Shown: positions 19,564-29,048 of the stretch, piece after piece
Position numbering within the stretch: the stretch's first letter is position 1
Layout: each line of letters opens with the position of its first letter
NCBI GenBank assembly: GCA_963699755.1
Contig: CAVOVB010000008.1
Location: forward strand, 1-64,000
DNA length: 64,000 nt
Direction: 5' to 3'
Origin: an uncultured delta proteobacterium
GTDB taxonomy: Bacteria; Myxococcota_A; Polyangia; Polyangiales; Houyiibacteriaceae
Made by a program: the position numbers and the translations under genes
Notes under the pieces: model-generated
Seen by the model: the letters and a program-made list of their open reading frames with translations, nothing else
What the model was told of the DNA's origin: nothing
Database searches by the model: none

Positions 19564-20099
19564 TTCTCCGGCTGCGCCTCTTTCGCGGCCTTCACGAGCA
19601 CGGCAGTCGAACAGCTGTAGGTTTGTGCTTTTGCGCCGCCGCACCAGTTGATGTCGTTGTTGCGGTACCAATGATAGAGCGGGCGCTCGCCCTCGTTCCG
19701 ATTGCAGATGCAGCGACCGCAGAACGTCTTTCCGCAGCAATCGTTGTAGGAGATGATGTAGTCCTTGCCGTCAGCGGGGTTTCGGCAGGTGCCAATCCAA
19801 GTCACCGGAGACATCTCGGTGCCCGGTGGGCAGGCCGTGTGCGAGCCGCCGCAGCAGCTGCAGAGGAAGCCGTCGATGGCGCAGTGGCGCCAGTACTCGC
19901 AGCGGGTCGGGTCACCTTCACGGCCTTTGACGCCGTCCTCGCCTACCCTGTGTTTCTCGGCCGCGCGCGCCACTGGAAGCAACGGCAAGGCGGCGCCGCC
20001 GACCAGGACTCCGCCGAAGCGAGACAACCAGCTGCGGCGCGACACGCGTCGAGCGGATTGGCGCGCCACGCCTTCGAACCAACGATCGAGCCGACTCAT
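19560..20099 (-). CDS. mauA: TTQ amine dehydrogenase small subunit (methylamine/aromatic amine dehydrogenase)
   Basis: Tat motif SRRSWL; CEYWRHCAIDGFLCSCCGG, VTWIGTC and NDINWC (two TTQ-forming Trp), YNDCCG. Confidence 0.95.
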   Translation of the reverse strand: MSRLDRWFEGVARQSARRVSRRSWLSRFGGVLVGGAALPLLPVARAAEKHRVGEDGVKGREGDPTRCEYWRHCAIDGFLCSCCGGSHTACPPGTEMSPVTWIGTCRNPADGKDYIISYNDCCGKTFCGRCICNRNEGERPLYHWYRNNDINWCGGAKAQTYSCSTAVLVKAAKEAQPEK

Positions 20100-20695
20100 T
20101 TGGCCTTCCCCGCCAAATACTCCTGAATGGAGGCGACACCGTGCCGCTCGGCTTCGAACAGGCTTTCGAGGTGCTCGCGCGTGTTGACCAGGCCCTGCGC
20201 TGCAACGATGCCGTCTTCGTCGATCAGGACGGCGTACGGGAGCTTGGCCACTCCGTATTTCATGCCCAGGGGTGCAGAAAGTACGTATGGAAGATGCGCG
20301 ATGCGCTTCTCGGCGATGAACGCGCGGTGCTCGTCCGGAGCGCCGTCACTGGCGAGGATTACCCGAACGCAGGGCACCTCGGTTCGGGCGACGCGCTCGA
20401 CCGTCGGTAGGAGCGTTTCGCAGACCGGGCACGTCGGCGAAAGAAAGAACAAGAGCGTTCGGCCTTCGTCCCTGGATGCGCCGCCGATCTGCAGGGGGCG
20501 ATCGTGGAGGTCGATCAGCGCGATCTCTGGGGCGGGATCGCCGACTTTGACTCTCGATTGAGGGCTGAGTGCGCCCGCCGGCGAGATTCGCTCGTGGAGC
20601 AAGCCGATTTGGCGCGTGAGCGCGAGGACCGTCAGCGCGAGACCGATGACCAGCAACCAGAGCAGGACATTGGAGAGGAGCAGGGCGTCGATCAT
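20096..20695 (-). CDS. mauD: Amine dehydrogenase accessory thioredoxin-like protein
   Basis: LTRQIGLLHERISPAG, SPTCPVC, LPYAVLID, GLVNTREHLESLFEA. Confidence 0.93.
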   Translation of the reverse strand: MIDALLLSNVLLWLLVIGLALTVLALTRQIGLLHERISPAGALSPQSRVKVGDPAPEIALIDLHDRPLQIGGASRDEGRTLLFFLSPTCPVCETLLPTVERVARTEVPCVRVILASDGAPDEHRAFIAEKRIAHLPYVLSAPLGMKYGVAKLPYAVLIDEDGIVAAQGLVNTREHLESLFEAERHGVASIQEYLAGKAK

Positions 20696-21231
20696 CGCGG
20701 CCCTCGCGAGTGCAGCAGGGCAGGGCCGGATTGGGCCAGTCGTTGCGCGGCCGCTGAGAGGAGCGAAAGCATGATAACGGCCGCGACGACGGTGAACAGG
20801 TCGACCCAGTTGAGCGATCGCGCCCCGATCGGCATGACTGCCAGAGCGGAAGCGCCGATCAAGGCCAGATTGCGGGCAATCAGCCAGGAGCTCAGCGGAA
20901 CGCGAAGGGCCGAAGCGAAGCAGCCGCAGTCGATTTCCCGCCGCCCCCGCGCGAGATTGACGGCAATGGCGCCGGTGTAGCCCGTCAAGAGCGCCATCGA
21001 GGCAAGGGCCGCGGGCGCCTGGCTCGGTGCACAGAGAAGGCCGATGGCGATGCAGCATTCAAGCGCGGGGAGAAACCGGGCGATGGGCGAAAGGAGCGCC
21101 CGTGGCAAGAGCTCATAGGCGCGTAGGGACGCGGCGAAACGCGTGCGGTCCGAAAGCTTGTGCCAGGCGGCAGCTGTGAAGAGGGTTGCCAGCCCGGCGC
21201 GCAGCGTGAGCTGGATGACGGGATCGATCAT
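20692..21231 (-). CDS. mauE: MauE/DoxX-family membrane protein
   Basis: AAWHKL, NLARGRREIDCGCF, LIARNL; lies between mauB and mauD. Confidence 0.93.
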   Translation of the reverse strand: MIDPVIQLTLRAGLATLFTAAAWHKLSDRTRFAASLRAYELLPRALLSPIARFLPALECCIAIGLLCAPSQAPAALASMALLTGYTGAIAVNLARGRREIDCGCFASALRVPLSSWLIARNLALIGASALAVMPIGARSLNWVDLFTVVAAVIMLSLLSAAAQRLAQSGPALLHSRGPR

Positions 21232-22457
21232 GGGACCCCCAGGAGCGTGCCCGAGAGGCCGGCTTCGTCGATGTCGCGAAGATGGTCGCCGCTCAGCGCG
21301 TCGAGCACGCCAAGCGCGCCAAGGTCGGCGTGGCGCATGAAGAGCAGCGGCTCACTGTCTTGGGTGACCGCGATGCTGTGCACACCCATGTTGGGCAGGA
21401 CGAAGTTGAGCACTTTGCCGATGGCTCCGGTCGCTTCGAAGCCAACCTGTGGACCGAGAAATGCGGCGATGAGATTGGGCGCATCGAACACGTCGACCTT
21501 CTTCTTGTTGGGAACGTCGTAGACCCAAATCTCGGCGCCCGGATCCTTGTGTGAGCCCGGTCCGCCCCGGTGCACCACGGAGTAGAGGCGTTTGCGAGCG
21601 CGATGGTACGCCAAGTGCTGCGCGCCGCCGATTCGCCAGCTTTCTTTGAGCTCTTGCTCGGTGAAGAGCGGCCAGGGCGACTTGGGCGCAGGGGTGTCGT
21701 TTTCGAAGTCCACTTCGTAGAGGAGGCCCTCGAACGAGGCGAACCACCAGGTCGAGCCGTCTCGAACGCCTTTTTCGGTGATCGGATCTCCCACGACATC
21801 GAAGAACGGGGCGCTGCGACGGATCCGGTCGAGCTCGCCGCTCTCTTTCAGGTGAATGGTGACTGCCGTTCCGTCGCCGCAGAGCATTCCGAACTGGGTC
21901 GGGCCTGCGGGAAACACCGCTGCGCAGCCGGCCGTTTGGATCTCGGCGACCATGCGTCTGGCTTCGACGTCGACGACGGACACGGAGGCCCCGGGGGATT
22001 GGTTGAGGATGAGAACGAAGCGATCGCCGTCCAGCATCCCAACCAAGGCGATGCCGGTCCCCGTGTCCGCTGCCTTCGGTGGAATCTCGACCTCGCCCTT
22101 CACCTCCAAGGTGCGTGAGTCGTAAATGACTAGGTAGTCGTGTCGCTCACCGCGGTGGCCCCGGGAGTAGATGGTGTCGACGTTGTAGATTTCGTTACGC
22201 GTGCGCGACCAGACCGGCGTCTTGGGGCTGACCTGCAAACCACTGTCGATCGCGCCGAGCATTCGGCCGCTGTCGCCGTCGAAGAGCACCGAATGGCGAA
22301 ACAGGCGGTCGGGCACCCAAACCCAATGCTCGCTCAGGGTTTCGGGCAGTCGCACGACCTGGCCGAGGTCCTCGGCTGGCAGCTCCGCGCTGGCGCGCGA
22401 TGCGAACAGACCTGAGAGGAGACAAAGCGCTGCGAGATGCTTGGCTCGGCGGGCCAT
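21228..22457 (-). CDS. mauB: TTQ amine dehydrogenase large (beta-propeller) subunit
   Basis: YSRGHRGERHD, NQSPGASVSVVD, GCAAVFP, MLCGDG, GSHKDPGAEIWVYD, SIAVTQD. Confidence 0.93.
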   Translation of the reverse strand: MARRAKHLAALCLLSGLFASRASAELPAEDLGQVVRLPETLSEHWVWVPDRLFRHSVLFDGDSGRMLGAIDSGLQVSPKTPVWSRTRNEIYNVDTIYSRGHRGERHDYLVIYDSRTLEVKGEVEIPPKAADTGTGIALVGMLDGDRFVLILNQSPGASVSVVDVEARRMVAEIQTAGCAAVFPAGPTQFGMLCGDGTAVTIHLKESGELDRIRRSAPFFDVVGDPITEKGVRDGSTWWFASFEGLLYEVDFENDTPAPKSPWPLFTEQELKESWRIGGAQHLAYHRARKRLYSVVHRGGPGSHKDPGAEIWVYDVPNKKKVDVFDAPNLIAAFLGPQVGFEATGAIGKVLNFVLPNMGVHSIAVTQDSEPLLFMRHADLGALGVLDALSGDHLRDIDEAGLSGTLLGVP

Positions 22458-22523
22458 GGCAGCGTCGTACCTGATCGGGCATTGTTCTGGCAATACCCAT
22501 CCAGACGCCGCCCGGGTCTCGGG

Positions 22524-25280
22524 CTACGCGGTTCCCTTCATCCCGCGTCTACGAAGCATCCCTACCATCCACAGGCCCAGGAGCCATCCGTCCCCGGCGC
22601 TCTCCGAGTCTCGGCTGACCGCGCAGCCACCTCCGCCGCGCCAGTCGTTCTCGAGGGTGCAGGACTCACCGCAGCCATCGCCGCTGAGAAGGTTGCCGTC
22701 GTCACAAACTTCATTGTCGTTGAGAACGCCGTTTCCGCAGCCGATCGGCACCGCGCAAACCGGGGCTGCCGCCATCGTATTGCAGACCCCACTCCCACAC
22801 TGCGTGCCGTCGGTGCATGGCCCGGCGCCGAGCTCAAAGAGGCACTCTGGGTCGCAGCTGTCCCCTGCCGACGTGTTTCCGTCGTCGCAGGCCTCACCCG
22901 CCTCGACCGCACCGTTGCCGCAGCTGTTGGCGGGCTCGCACAGGTTGCTGTCGGCGTTGTCACAGATCGTGCTTTCGCATTGTGCGTTGTCGGTGCAGGG
23001 TCCACCGTCTTCGAGAAGACACATGTTGCTGCAACCGTCCCCAGTCGTCAGGTTCCCGTCGTCGCAAGCCTCTGAGGCGTCGAGCACCCCGTTGCCGCAA
23101 GAACCAGCGGGCTCACAGACCGGAGGCGCCTCGTTCAGATCGCAGACGCCACTCGCGCATTCGTCGTCGGTGACGCACGGGTTTCCGTCTTCGATTTCGC
23201 AAGCCGCGGTGCACCCGTCTCCGCTGATGTTGTTTCCGTCGTCGCAGGCCTCGCCTGCTTCGAGCAAGCCGTTGCCACAGCCCAATGGGGGGGCACAAAC
23301 GGCTGGAATGGCGACCATGTTGCACAGATTGCTGGCGCAGTCCGTGTCGTCGGTGCAGGGCTCGCCGACTTCCAGGAGGCAGGCGGCGTTGCACCCATCG
23401 CCGGTGCTCAGGTTGCCGTCGTCGCAGACTTCGCTGGGATCGTTGACGAAGCCATCACCGCAAGTTGCAGAGACGGTCACCGTGATCACCTGCGAGGTCA
23501 GGGTGAGGCCGGTCACGACGCTGTTGCTGATCGTGTAGCGGTAGCCGCCGGCGTCTGCTGGGGTCACGCTACCGCCGCCAAGCGTGACGTCCAGATCACG
23601 GCTTGTGCCGTACGGGCCTGCGATTGGCGCGCCGTCTTTGTACCACTGGTATTGATCGTTTCCCGAAGGGTTGGCCGCGACCGCGGAAGGGAGAATCGCA
23701 GGCGCCCCGCTCGTGAAGTTCTCGGTGCGAGCGGCGTCGAGCGTCGCCTGCGGACTGTAACTGAAGGTTGCCGGCTCGCCGTCGCTATAGGCGACGAATT
23801 CGGTTTCGAAATCTGCAAATACGAAGGCGTTGCTTCCAAAACTAAGCGACGTCAGTGGCAACGCCGTTAAATCCGGGATGTCGCCCGTGAGCTGGTTGCT
23901 GGACAGCTGCAGCGTAGTCAGGCTCGAGAGGTTGCTGAGCTCAGCGGGAATCGAGCCCGTGAGCTGGTTGCCGTACAGGTACAGCGTTGCAAGGTTGCTG
24001 AGGTCGCCCAGCTCGGGCGGTATCGGGCCGGTAAGCTGGTTGCTGTGCAGATAGATCGAAGTCAGGTTGGCGAGATTGCCGAGCTCGGGCGGTATCGGGC
24101 CCGTGAGCTGGTTGTTGGATAGGTACAGCGTAGCCAGGCTGCTGAGGCTGCCAAGCTCGGGCGGAATTGGGCCCGTGAGATTGCTACTGGACAGGTGCAG
24201 CGTCGTCAGGCTGCTGAGGTTGCCGAGCTCGGGCGGTATCGAGCCGGAGAGCTGGTTGCCAGACAGGAAGAGGGAAACCAGGTTGGAGAGGTTGCCGAGC
24301 TCGGGGGGTATCGGGCCAGTGAGCTGGTTGTTGAGCAGGTAGATCGTAGTGAGGTTGCTGAGGTTGCCGAGCCAGGGCGGAATCGGGCCCGTGAGCTGGT
24401 TGCCGTATAGGTAGAGCGCCGTCAGGTTGCTGAGGCTGCCTAGCTCGGGCGGTATCGGGCCGGAGAGCTGGTTTCCGGCCAGATGCAGTGTAGCCAGGCT
24501 CGAGAGCTTGCCGAGCTCGGGGGGTATCGGGCCCGTGAGCTGGTTGCTGCCCAGATACAACCCGGTCAGGTTGGCGAGGTTGCCTAGCTCGGGCGGGATC
24601 GCGCCTGTGAGCTGGTTGTTGGAGAGGTGCAACGTCGCGACGTTGGCGAGGTTGGCGAGCTCGGGCGGTATCGGGCCGGAGAGCTGGTTGTTGAATAGGT
24701 ACGCCGTAATCAGGTTGCTGAGGTTGCCGAGCTCGGGCGGGATCGCACCCGAGAGCTGGTTATCGTGCACCCGCAGGTCAGTCACATTGCTGAGATTGCC
24801 GAGCTCGGGCGGGATCGCGCCCGTGAGCTGGTTTAGGTGCAGGTTCAGGATACGCAGGTTGCTGAGGTTGCCTAGCTCGGGCGGGATCGCGCCCGCGAGT
24901 TGATTGCTGTACAGGCGCAGGTCAGTCAGGTTGGCGAGATTGCCGAGCTCGGGCGGAATCGTGCCGGTGAGTCCGTTGGCAACGAGCGAAAGCCTTGTGA
25001 CCCGCCCGCCCGCTACGACCACGCCGAACCAAGTGCCGACCGCGCTCGCCGTGTCCCAGTTGCTGTTGTCGCTCCAGCCGGCTCCACCGGCGCCGAGGTA
25101 GAGCGCCATCAACGCTTCGCACTCGATCTGCGGGACCCCCGTCGTGCCTGTCGCCGAACAATCGACCTGTGCCTGAGCGACGCCTGCCGAACAACAAACG
25201 GCGACTGCCAGCAGCGCAACCCAGGTTGGCGTCTGCCGCCGCACTTGATGCCAGGCACGAGCGGAGACCGATCGAATCAT
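22524..25280 (-). CDS. Surface protein: signal peptide, 16 plant-type LRRs, Ig-like domain, 5 myxobacterial Cys-rich repeats, MYXO-CTERM
   Basis: LRR-NT cap (ECEALMALY...W...WFGV), 24-aa LxGxIPPELGNLxNLxxLxLxxNQ units, YQWYKDG..DAGGYRY, CGNG..E.CDDGN...GDGC, C-terminal GGGGCAV-hydrophobic-RRR. Confidence 0.9.
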   Translation of the reverse strand: MIRSVSARAWHQVRRQTPTWVALLAVAVCCSAGVAQAQVDCSATGTTGVPQIECEALMALYLGAGGAGWSDNSNWDTASAVGTWFGVVVAGGRVTRLSLVANGLTGTIPPELGNLANLTDLRLYSNQLAGAIPPELGNLSNLRILNLHLNQLTGAIPPELGNLSNVTDLRVHDNQLSGAIPPELGNLSNLITAYLFNNQLSGPIPPELANLANVATLHLSNNQLTGAIPPELGNLANLTGLYLGSNQLTGPIPPELGKLSSLATLHLAGNQLSGPIPPELGSLSNLTALYLYGNQLTGPIPPWLGNLSNLTTIYLLNNQLTGPIPPELGNLSNLVSLFLSGNQLSGSIPPELGNLSSLTTLHLSSSNLTGPIPPELGSLSSLATLYLSNNQLTGPIPPELGNLANLTSIYLHSNQLTGPIPPELGDLSNLATLYLYGNQLTGSIPAELSNLSSLTTLQLSSNQLTGDIPDLTALPLTSLSFGSNAFVFADFETEFVAYSDGEPATFSYSPQATLDAARTENFTSGAPAILPSAVAANPSGNDQYQWYKDGAPIAGPYGTSRDLDVTLGGGSVTPADAGGYRYTISNSVVTGLTLTSQVITVTVSATCGDGFVNDPSEVCDDGNLSTGDGCNAACLLEVGEPCTDDTDCASNLCNMVAIPAVCAPPLGCGNGLLEAGEACDDGNNISGDGCTAACEIEDGNPCVTDDECASGVCDLNEAPPVCEPAGSCGNGVLDASEACDDGNLTTGDGCSNMCLLEDGGPCTDNAQCESTICDNADSNLCEPANSCGNGAVEAGEACDDGNTSAGDSCDPECLFELGAGPCTDGTQCGSGVCNTMAAAPVCAVPIGCGNGVLNDNEVCDDGNLLSGDGCGESCTLENDWRGGGGCAVSRDSESAGDGWLLGLWMVGMLRRRGMKGTA
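23860..25000 (-). repeat. 72-bp coding tandem repeat (16 LRR units)
   Basis: Recurrent blocks such as GAGCTCGGGCGG..ATCG and GAGCTGGTTG every 72 bp. Confidence 0.9.
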
Positions 25281-25481
25281 CCGCGCCTCGTTCCTCTGTG
25301 GATCGCGGTTGAAGAAGAATGCACAAATTCCATTCACAATGTATTCATATATTATAACAGTATGAAGTGCGTCAGGACGGTAATTTTACAATAATGTGAG
25401 CCAGGTATGATTGTTTCTTGGAGCTCGATTTCCGCGTCGGCGCGGGCGAGGCAAGCAGCCCGCCGAGCACAGCGGAGCTCC
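25281..25481. promoter_or_regulatory. AT-rich divergent promoter region between the LRR receptor and the OmpA/TraB-like gene
   Basis: Markedly AT-rich stretch 25320-25410 (e.g. ATGTATTCATATATTATAACAG) in a high-GC background. Confidence 0.5.
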
Positions 25482-27197
25482 ATGAAGTTGCTGCTCTTGC
25501 TCACCGCTCTGCCCAGCGTCCTGGGGCCGAGCAGCGATGGGCAGGCGCAGCAGTTCGACCTCAACCAGTTTCGTGCCTCCGAAACGACTCAGGATGGCTT
25601 CGCTGTGAGCACGGCAGCCGACCAGGGCCATCTTCGCTTCGGCGCGCAAGTCTACTTGGACTACTCCGATGACCCTCTGCTCTTTGCCGGCTCGAAGGTC
25701 GTTCATCAGCAACTCACCGGCGAGCTCATCGCGTCTTTGGGGCTCTGGGATCGGCTGGTGGTCTTTGCCGGGCTTCGCTATCACTTCATGCTTCGGGGCG
25801 ACACGAGCGGTCTACCGCTTGGAGCGCTGCAGGCGCTTGCGCCAGCCGGCTCTGGTCTAGGGGATCTGCGGCTTGGAGCGCGGGTTCGCGCCTGGGGCGA
25901 AGAGAAAGATATCGTTCGAATCGCTGCGCAGGGTGCGCTCTATGTTCACACCGCGTCCATGACCGACGGCGATCAAGACTACCGTGGCGGCCTGAATGAC
26001 AGCCCACGTCTCGGTGGCGACGTCGAGCTACTCGCCACGTTCAATGCGACCGACGACCTGCATCTGTCGATGAACCTGGGCTATCTGTTTCGCAGGGACG
26101 TCGTCCTGCCGCCCGATGCACAGGTTGGTGATGCGTTCACGTTTGGTTTTGGCGCAATCGGGGAGCTACTGGATGACCGACTCGCACTAATCGCCGAATT
26201 CACCGGCAGCACCGGGTTTGGAGGCCGGGAGGAAACGCCGCTCGAAGTGCTCGTCGGCGCAAAGTATCATCACAAGGTCGGCTTCACCGCGGGCCTGGGC
26301 GGTGGCGCTGGCGTGTATGGTGGCATTGGTGCGCCAGACTACCGGCTTCTCGGCATGCTTGGCTACACGATGCCCGAAAAGGTCAGGCCGCCCCGGGTCA
26401 AAGACCACGACGAGGACGGCCTGCCCGACGGCGACGACCCCTGCCCCGAGGCGTCGGAGGACTTCGACGGCTTCGAGGACGACGATGGCTGTCCTGATCC
26501 GGACAACGACCAAGACGGCATCCTCGATGCCGATGATCGCGCTCCGAACGAAGCGGAGGACCGGGACGGCTTTGAAGATGAAGACGGCGTACCCGACTAC
26601 GACAACGACGGTGATGGAATCCTCGACGTGGATGATCGCTGTTCCAATGAGCCCGGCGCCGCCGTCACGAAGGGCTGTCCGGATCCGGACACCGATGGGG
26701 ACGGTGTGCCCGACCGCATCGACAACTGTCCGAACGAAGCCGGGCTTCGTGTGAACATGGGTTGTCTCAAGCCGCAGTTGGTGGAAATCCATTACGACCA
26801 TCTCGCGATCAGCAAGAAGGTCTACTTCTCAACGGGCAAGAGCCGCATTCAGCAGCGCTCCCACGAGCTGCTCGACAACATCGCGGAGGTCTTGCAAGCC
26901 CATCCGGAGATTCTCCTGGTCGAAGTCGAAGGACATGCCGACCCGCGCGGCAGCGAGGCGTTCAATCTGAAGCTGTCTCATCGGCGAGCGGTGGCCGTGG
27001 TGACCTACCTGGTGCGGAGAGGCATCGCCGAGGATCGACTGATCGCCAAAGAACGCGGAGAGGCCGCGCCCGAACGACCCGATGCTGTCACGGACCAGGA
27101 GCACGAGGCGAACCGCCGTGTGCAGTTCAAGATCTTCGCCCGCACGACCGGCCAGGTCGAACAGGTCGGCGACCCAACCCAACAGGGCGTGTACTGA
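25482..27197 (+). CDS. TraB-like outer membrane protein: beta-barrel, TSP3 repeats, OmpA C-terminal domain
   Basis: Signal peptide, amphipathic strands ending PDYRLLGMLGY, DxDxDGxxDxxDxCP repeats, VEGHAD..GSEAFNLKLSHRRA..V..YL, NRRVQF; alternative start 25407. Confidence 0.9.
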   Translation: MKLLLLLTALPSVLGPSSDGQAQQFDLNQFRASETTQDGFAVSTAADQGHLRFGAQVYLDYSDDPLLFAGSKVVHQQLTGELIASLGLWDRLVVFAGLRYHFMLRGDTSGLPLGALQALAPAGSGLGDLRLGARVRAWGEEKDIVRIAAQGALYVHTASMTDGDQDYRGGLNDSPRLGGDVELLATFNATDDLHLSMNLGYLFRRDVVLPPDAQVGDAFTFGFGAIGELLDDRLALIAEFTGSTGFGGREETPLEVLVGAKYHHKVGFTAGLGGGAGVYGGIGAPDYRLLGMLGYTMPEKVRPPRVKDHDEDGLPDGDDPCPEASEDFDGFEDDDGCPDPDNDQDGILDADDRAPNEAEDRDGFEDEDGVPDYDNDGDGILDVDDRCSNEPGAAVTKGCPDPDTDGDGVPDRIDNCPNEAGLRVNMGCLKPQLVEIHYDHLAISKKVYFSTGKSRIQQRSHELLDNIAEVLQAHPEILLVEVEGHADPRGSEAFNLKLSHRRAVAVVTYLVRRGIAEDRLIAKERGEAAPERPDAVTDQEHEANRRVQFKIFARTTGQVEQVGDPTQQGVY

Positions 27198-27215
27198 GCT
27201 CGGGGCTCTGCGCTC

Positions 27216-29048
27216 TCAATCCACGTCCAGCGAAATCGTCTTCGTCGCATTGGCGACGACCTCGACCGGAAGGGTCATCGATTCGCCGCTTTCCGTCGAC
27301 TTGAGTCTCAGCTTGTGCCTGCCCGCGGGCAACGTGAGTAGCGCCGGCGCCCTGCCGAGCAGCCTGCTGCCCTCGTAGATTTCGACCGAATGGCCTTTGG
27401 TCACGATCTTCACATGACCAGGAAGCCCGGATGCAGCCGGCTCCGCCTGAATTGCTTGACTTGGCTTCTTGCGAGAGCGGGGCTTTCTGGGGACAATCCT
27501 CAGCTGGGAAGGCTTGGCCGCCGCTGCCGCAGCCTCCGCGCCCCGAGGTGTCGCGGCCTCGGGCTGGTCCGTCTGGATTTTCTCGCTTGCAGCCATCTCG
27601 GCCTTTGGCGCCGCAGCCTCCGCGCTGTTGCCGCGCAGCTCTTGCGCATCCGATGGGAGCGGTTTCACCAATGTCGGTTCAACTGGCGCGACGACCGGCT
27701 CCACCACGGAGCGAACGGCATTTGAAGGCGGCGGCTCCGGCGCCGATGCTTGAAGACCCCAGACGGCCGTGATCGCAACGAGGAGTACTCCCAGCGCAAT
27801 CATGGGGCCCACCGATTTCGACTTCCGCTTCGCGGTGGCCTCGCTGATCGTCGCCTCGCCGGCAGTCCCCCGAGTTGCAGGCGGTTCGGTCGAGGCCCCG
27901 CGCGCCGCAATTGCCGACTCGATGTCCCCTGCGACCGTTCGGGCTTCGGTGGCATCCAGGCCCCTCTCTGTCAAGTCTGGTCGAGCCCGAAGCGTCTGGG
28001 TCATCGCGAGCTCCATGATCTCGCGCTGTCGCGTTTCTCCCTCCGGAAAGATCTTCTCCATCCACTCGGACAGGTCCGCCGCGCCAACATCCGCGGATCG
28101 GTCCGTCGCGAATTCGCGCAGGGCCTGACCCATCTCTCGGGCGGTCCGCCAACGTTTCTCGGGCTCGCGTTGCAGCGCCTTCATCACGATGGCGTCGAGC
28201 TCAGGCGGGATACCTGGGCGCCGCGCCGAGGGCGTTGGAATGTCGTCCATGAGCACCGCGTACATCGATTCGACTTCCGTTTCACGACGGAAGAGCCGCT
28301 CGAGCGTCAACAATTCCCAGAGCACGACGCCCAAGCCCCAAATGTCGACGCGTCGATCCACCTGGCCGCCGCGCACTTGCTCGGGAGCCATGTACGGAAC
28401 GGTGCCCTTGAGCTGGCCGGTCGACGTTTGGTGCACGCGTTGCTTCGCGCTTGCAATGCCGAAGTCCACGACCTGAACTGCCCCGCTGTAGGTGATGAAT
28501 AGGTTTCTCGGAGTCACATCGCGGTGAACGACGTTGAGGGGTTGGCCCTTGGTGTCTTTCGATTCGTGCGCTGCGTGCAAGCCCTCACAGGCTTCTTCGA
28601 TGACCTTGGCGACCTTCAACGGGAAGAGCAGGGACTTGCGTTGCTCGGGGCTCACCCCGGCCCGCCGCCACAACCTAGCCAAAGGTTCTCCGACGAGGTA
28701 CTCCATCGCTAGGTAATACTCGCCATTGAACTCGCCGAAATCGAACACGCTGCAGACGTTGGGATGCGTGATCCCGGATGCAATCCGCGCCTCATCGAGA
28801 AACATATTTAGATAAGAGCGGTCGCTGACCAAGTGTGGATGGATCCGCTTGAGAGCAACGATCTTCTCGAAGCCATGTATCCCATCCATTCGAGCGAGAT
28901 ACACCGTGGCCATTCCGCCGGACGCGAGCTCGTAGCAGAGTTGATAGCGTCCTAGCCTCGTCAGCTCCATTTCTTTGGGCGATTGGGAGTCGCGCGGAAG
29001 CGAACGATTGCCCGTCGCTTGCGACGTATCTGTGGAGAACCCCGTCAT
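27216..29048 (-). CDS. Membrane Ser/Thr protein kinase with C-terminal PEGA-like domain
   Basis: LASGGMATVY, VALKRI, HRDVTPRN, DFGIA, YMAPEQ, DIWGLG, one TM helix, LLGRAP..LTLPAGRHKLRL. Confidence 0.95.
   Translation of the reverse strand: MTGFSTDTSQATGNRSLPRDSQSPKEMELTRLGRYQLCYELASGGMATVYLARMDGIHGFEKIVALKRIHPHLVSDRSYLNMFLDEARIASGITHPNVCSVFDFGEFNGEYYLAMEYLVGEPLARLWRRAGVSPEQRKSLLFPLKVAKVIEEACEGLHAAHESKDTKGQPLNVVHRDVTPRNLFITYSGAVQVVDFGIASAKQRVHQTSTGQLKGTVPYMAPEQVRGGQVDRRVDIWGLGVVLWELLTLERLFRRETEVESMYAVLMDDIPTPSARRPGIPPELDAIVMKALQREPEKRWRTAREMGQALREFATDRSADVGAADLSEWMEKIFPEGETRQREIMELAMTQTLRARPDLTERGLDATEARTVAGDIESAIAARGASTEPPATRGTAGEATISEATAKRKSKSVGPMIALGVLLVAITAVWGLQASAPEPPPSNAVRSVVEPVVAPVEPTLVKPLPSDAQELRGNSAEAAAPKAEMAASEKIQTDQPEAATPRGAEAAAAAAKPSQLRIVPRKPRSRKKPSQAIQAEPAASGLPGHVKIVTKGHSVEIYEGSRLLGRAPALLTLPAGRHKLRLKSTESGESMTLPVEVVANATKTISLDVD

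Noticed and set aside
23860..25000. CRISPR array or DGR variable region
   Set aside because: The 72-bp period is an in-frame LRR coding repeat with no unique spacers; no cas genes, reverse transcriptase or adenine-specific template/variable pair seen in the window.
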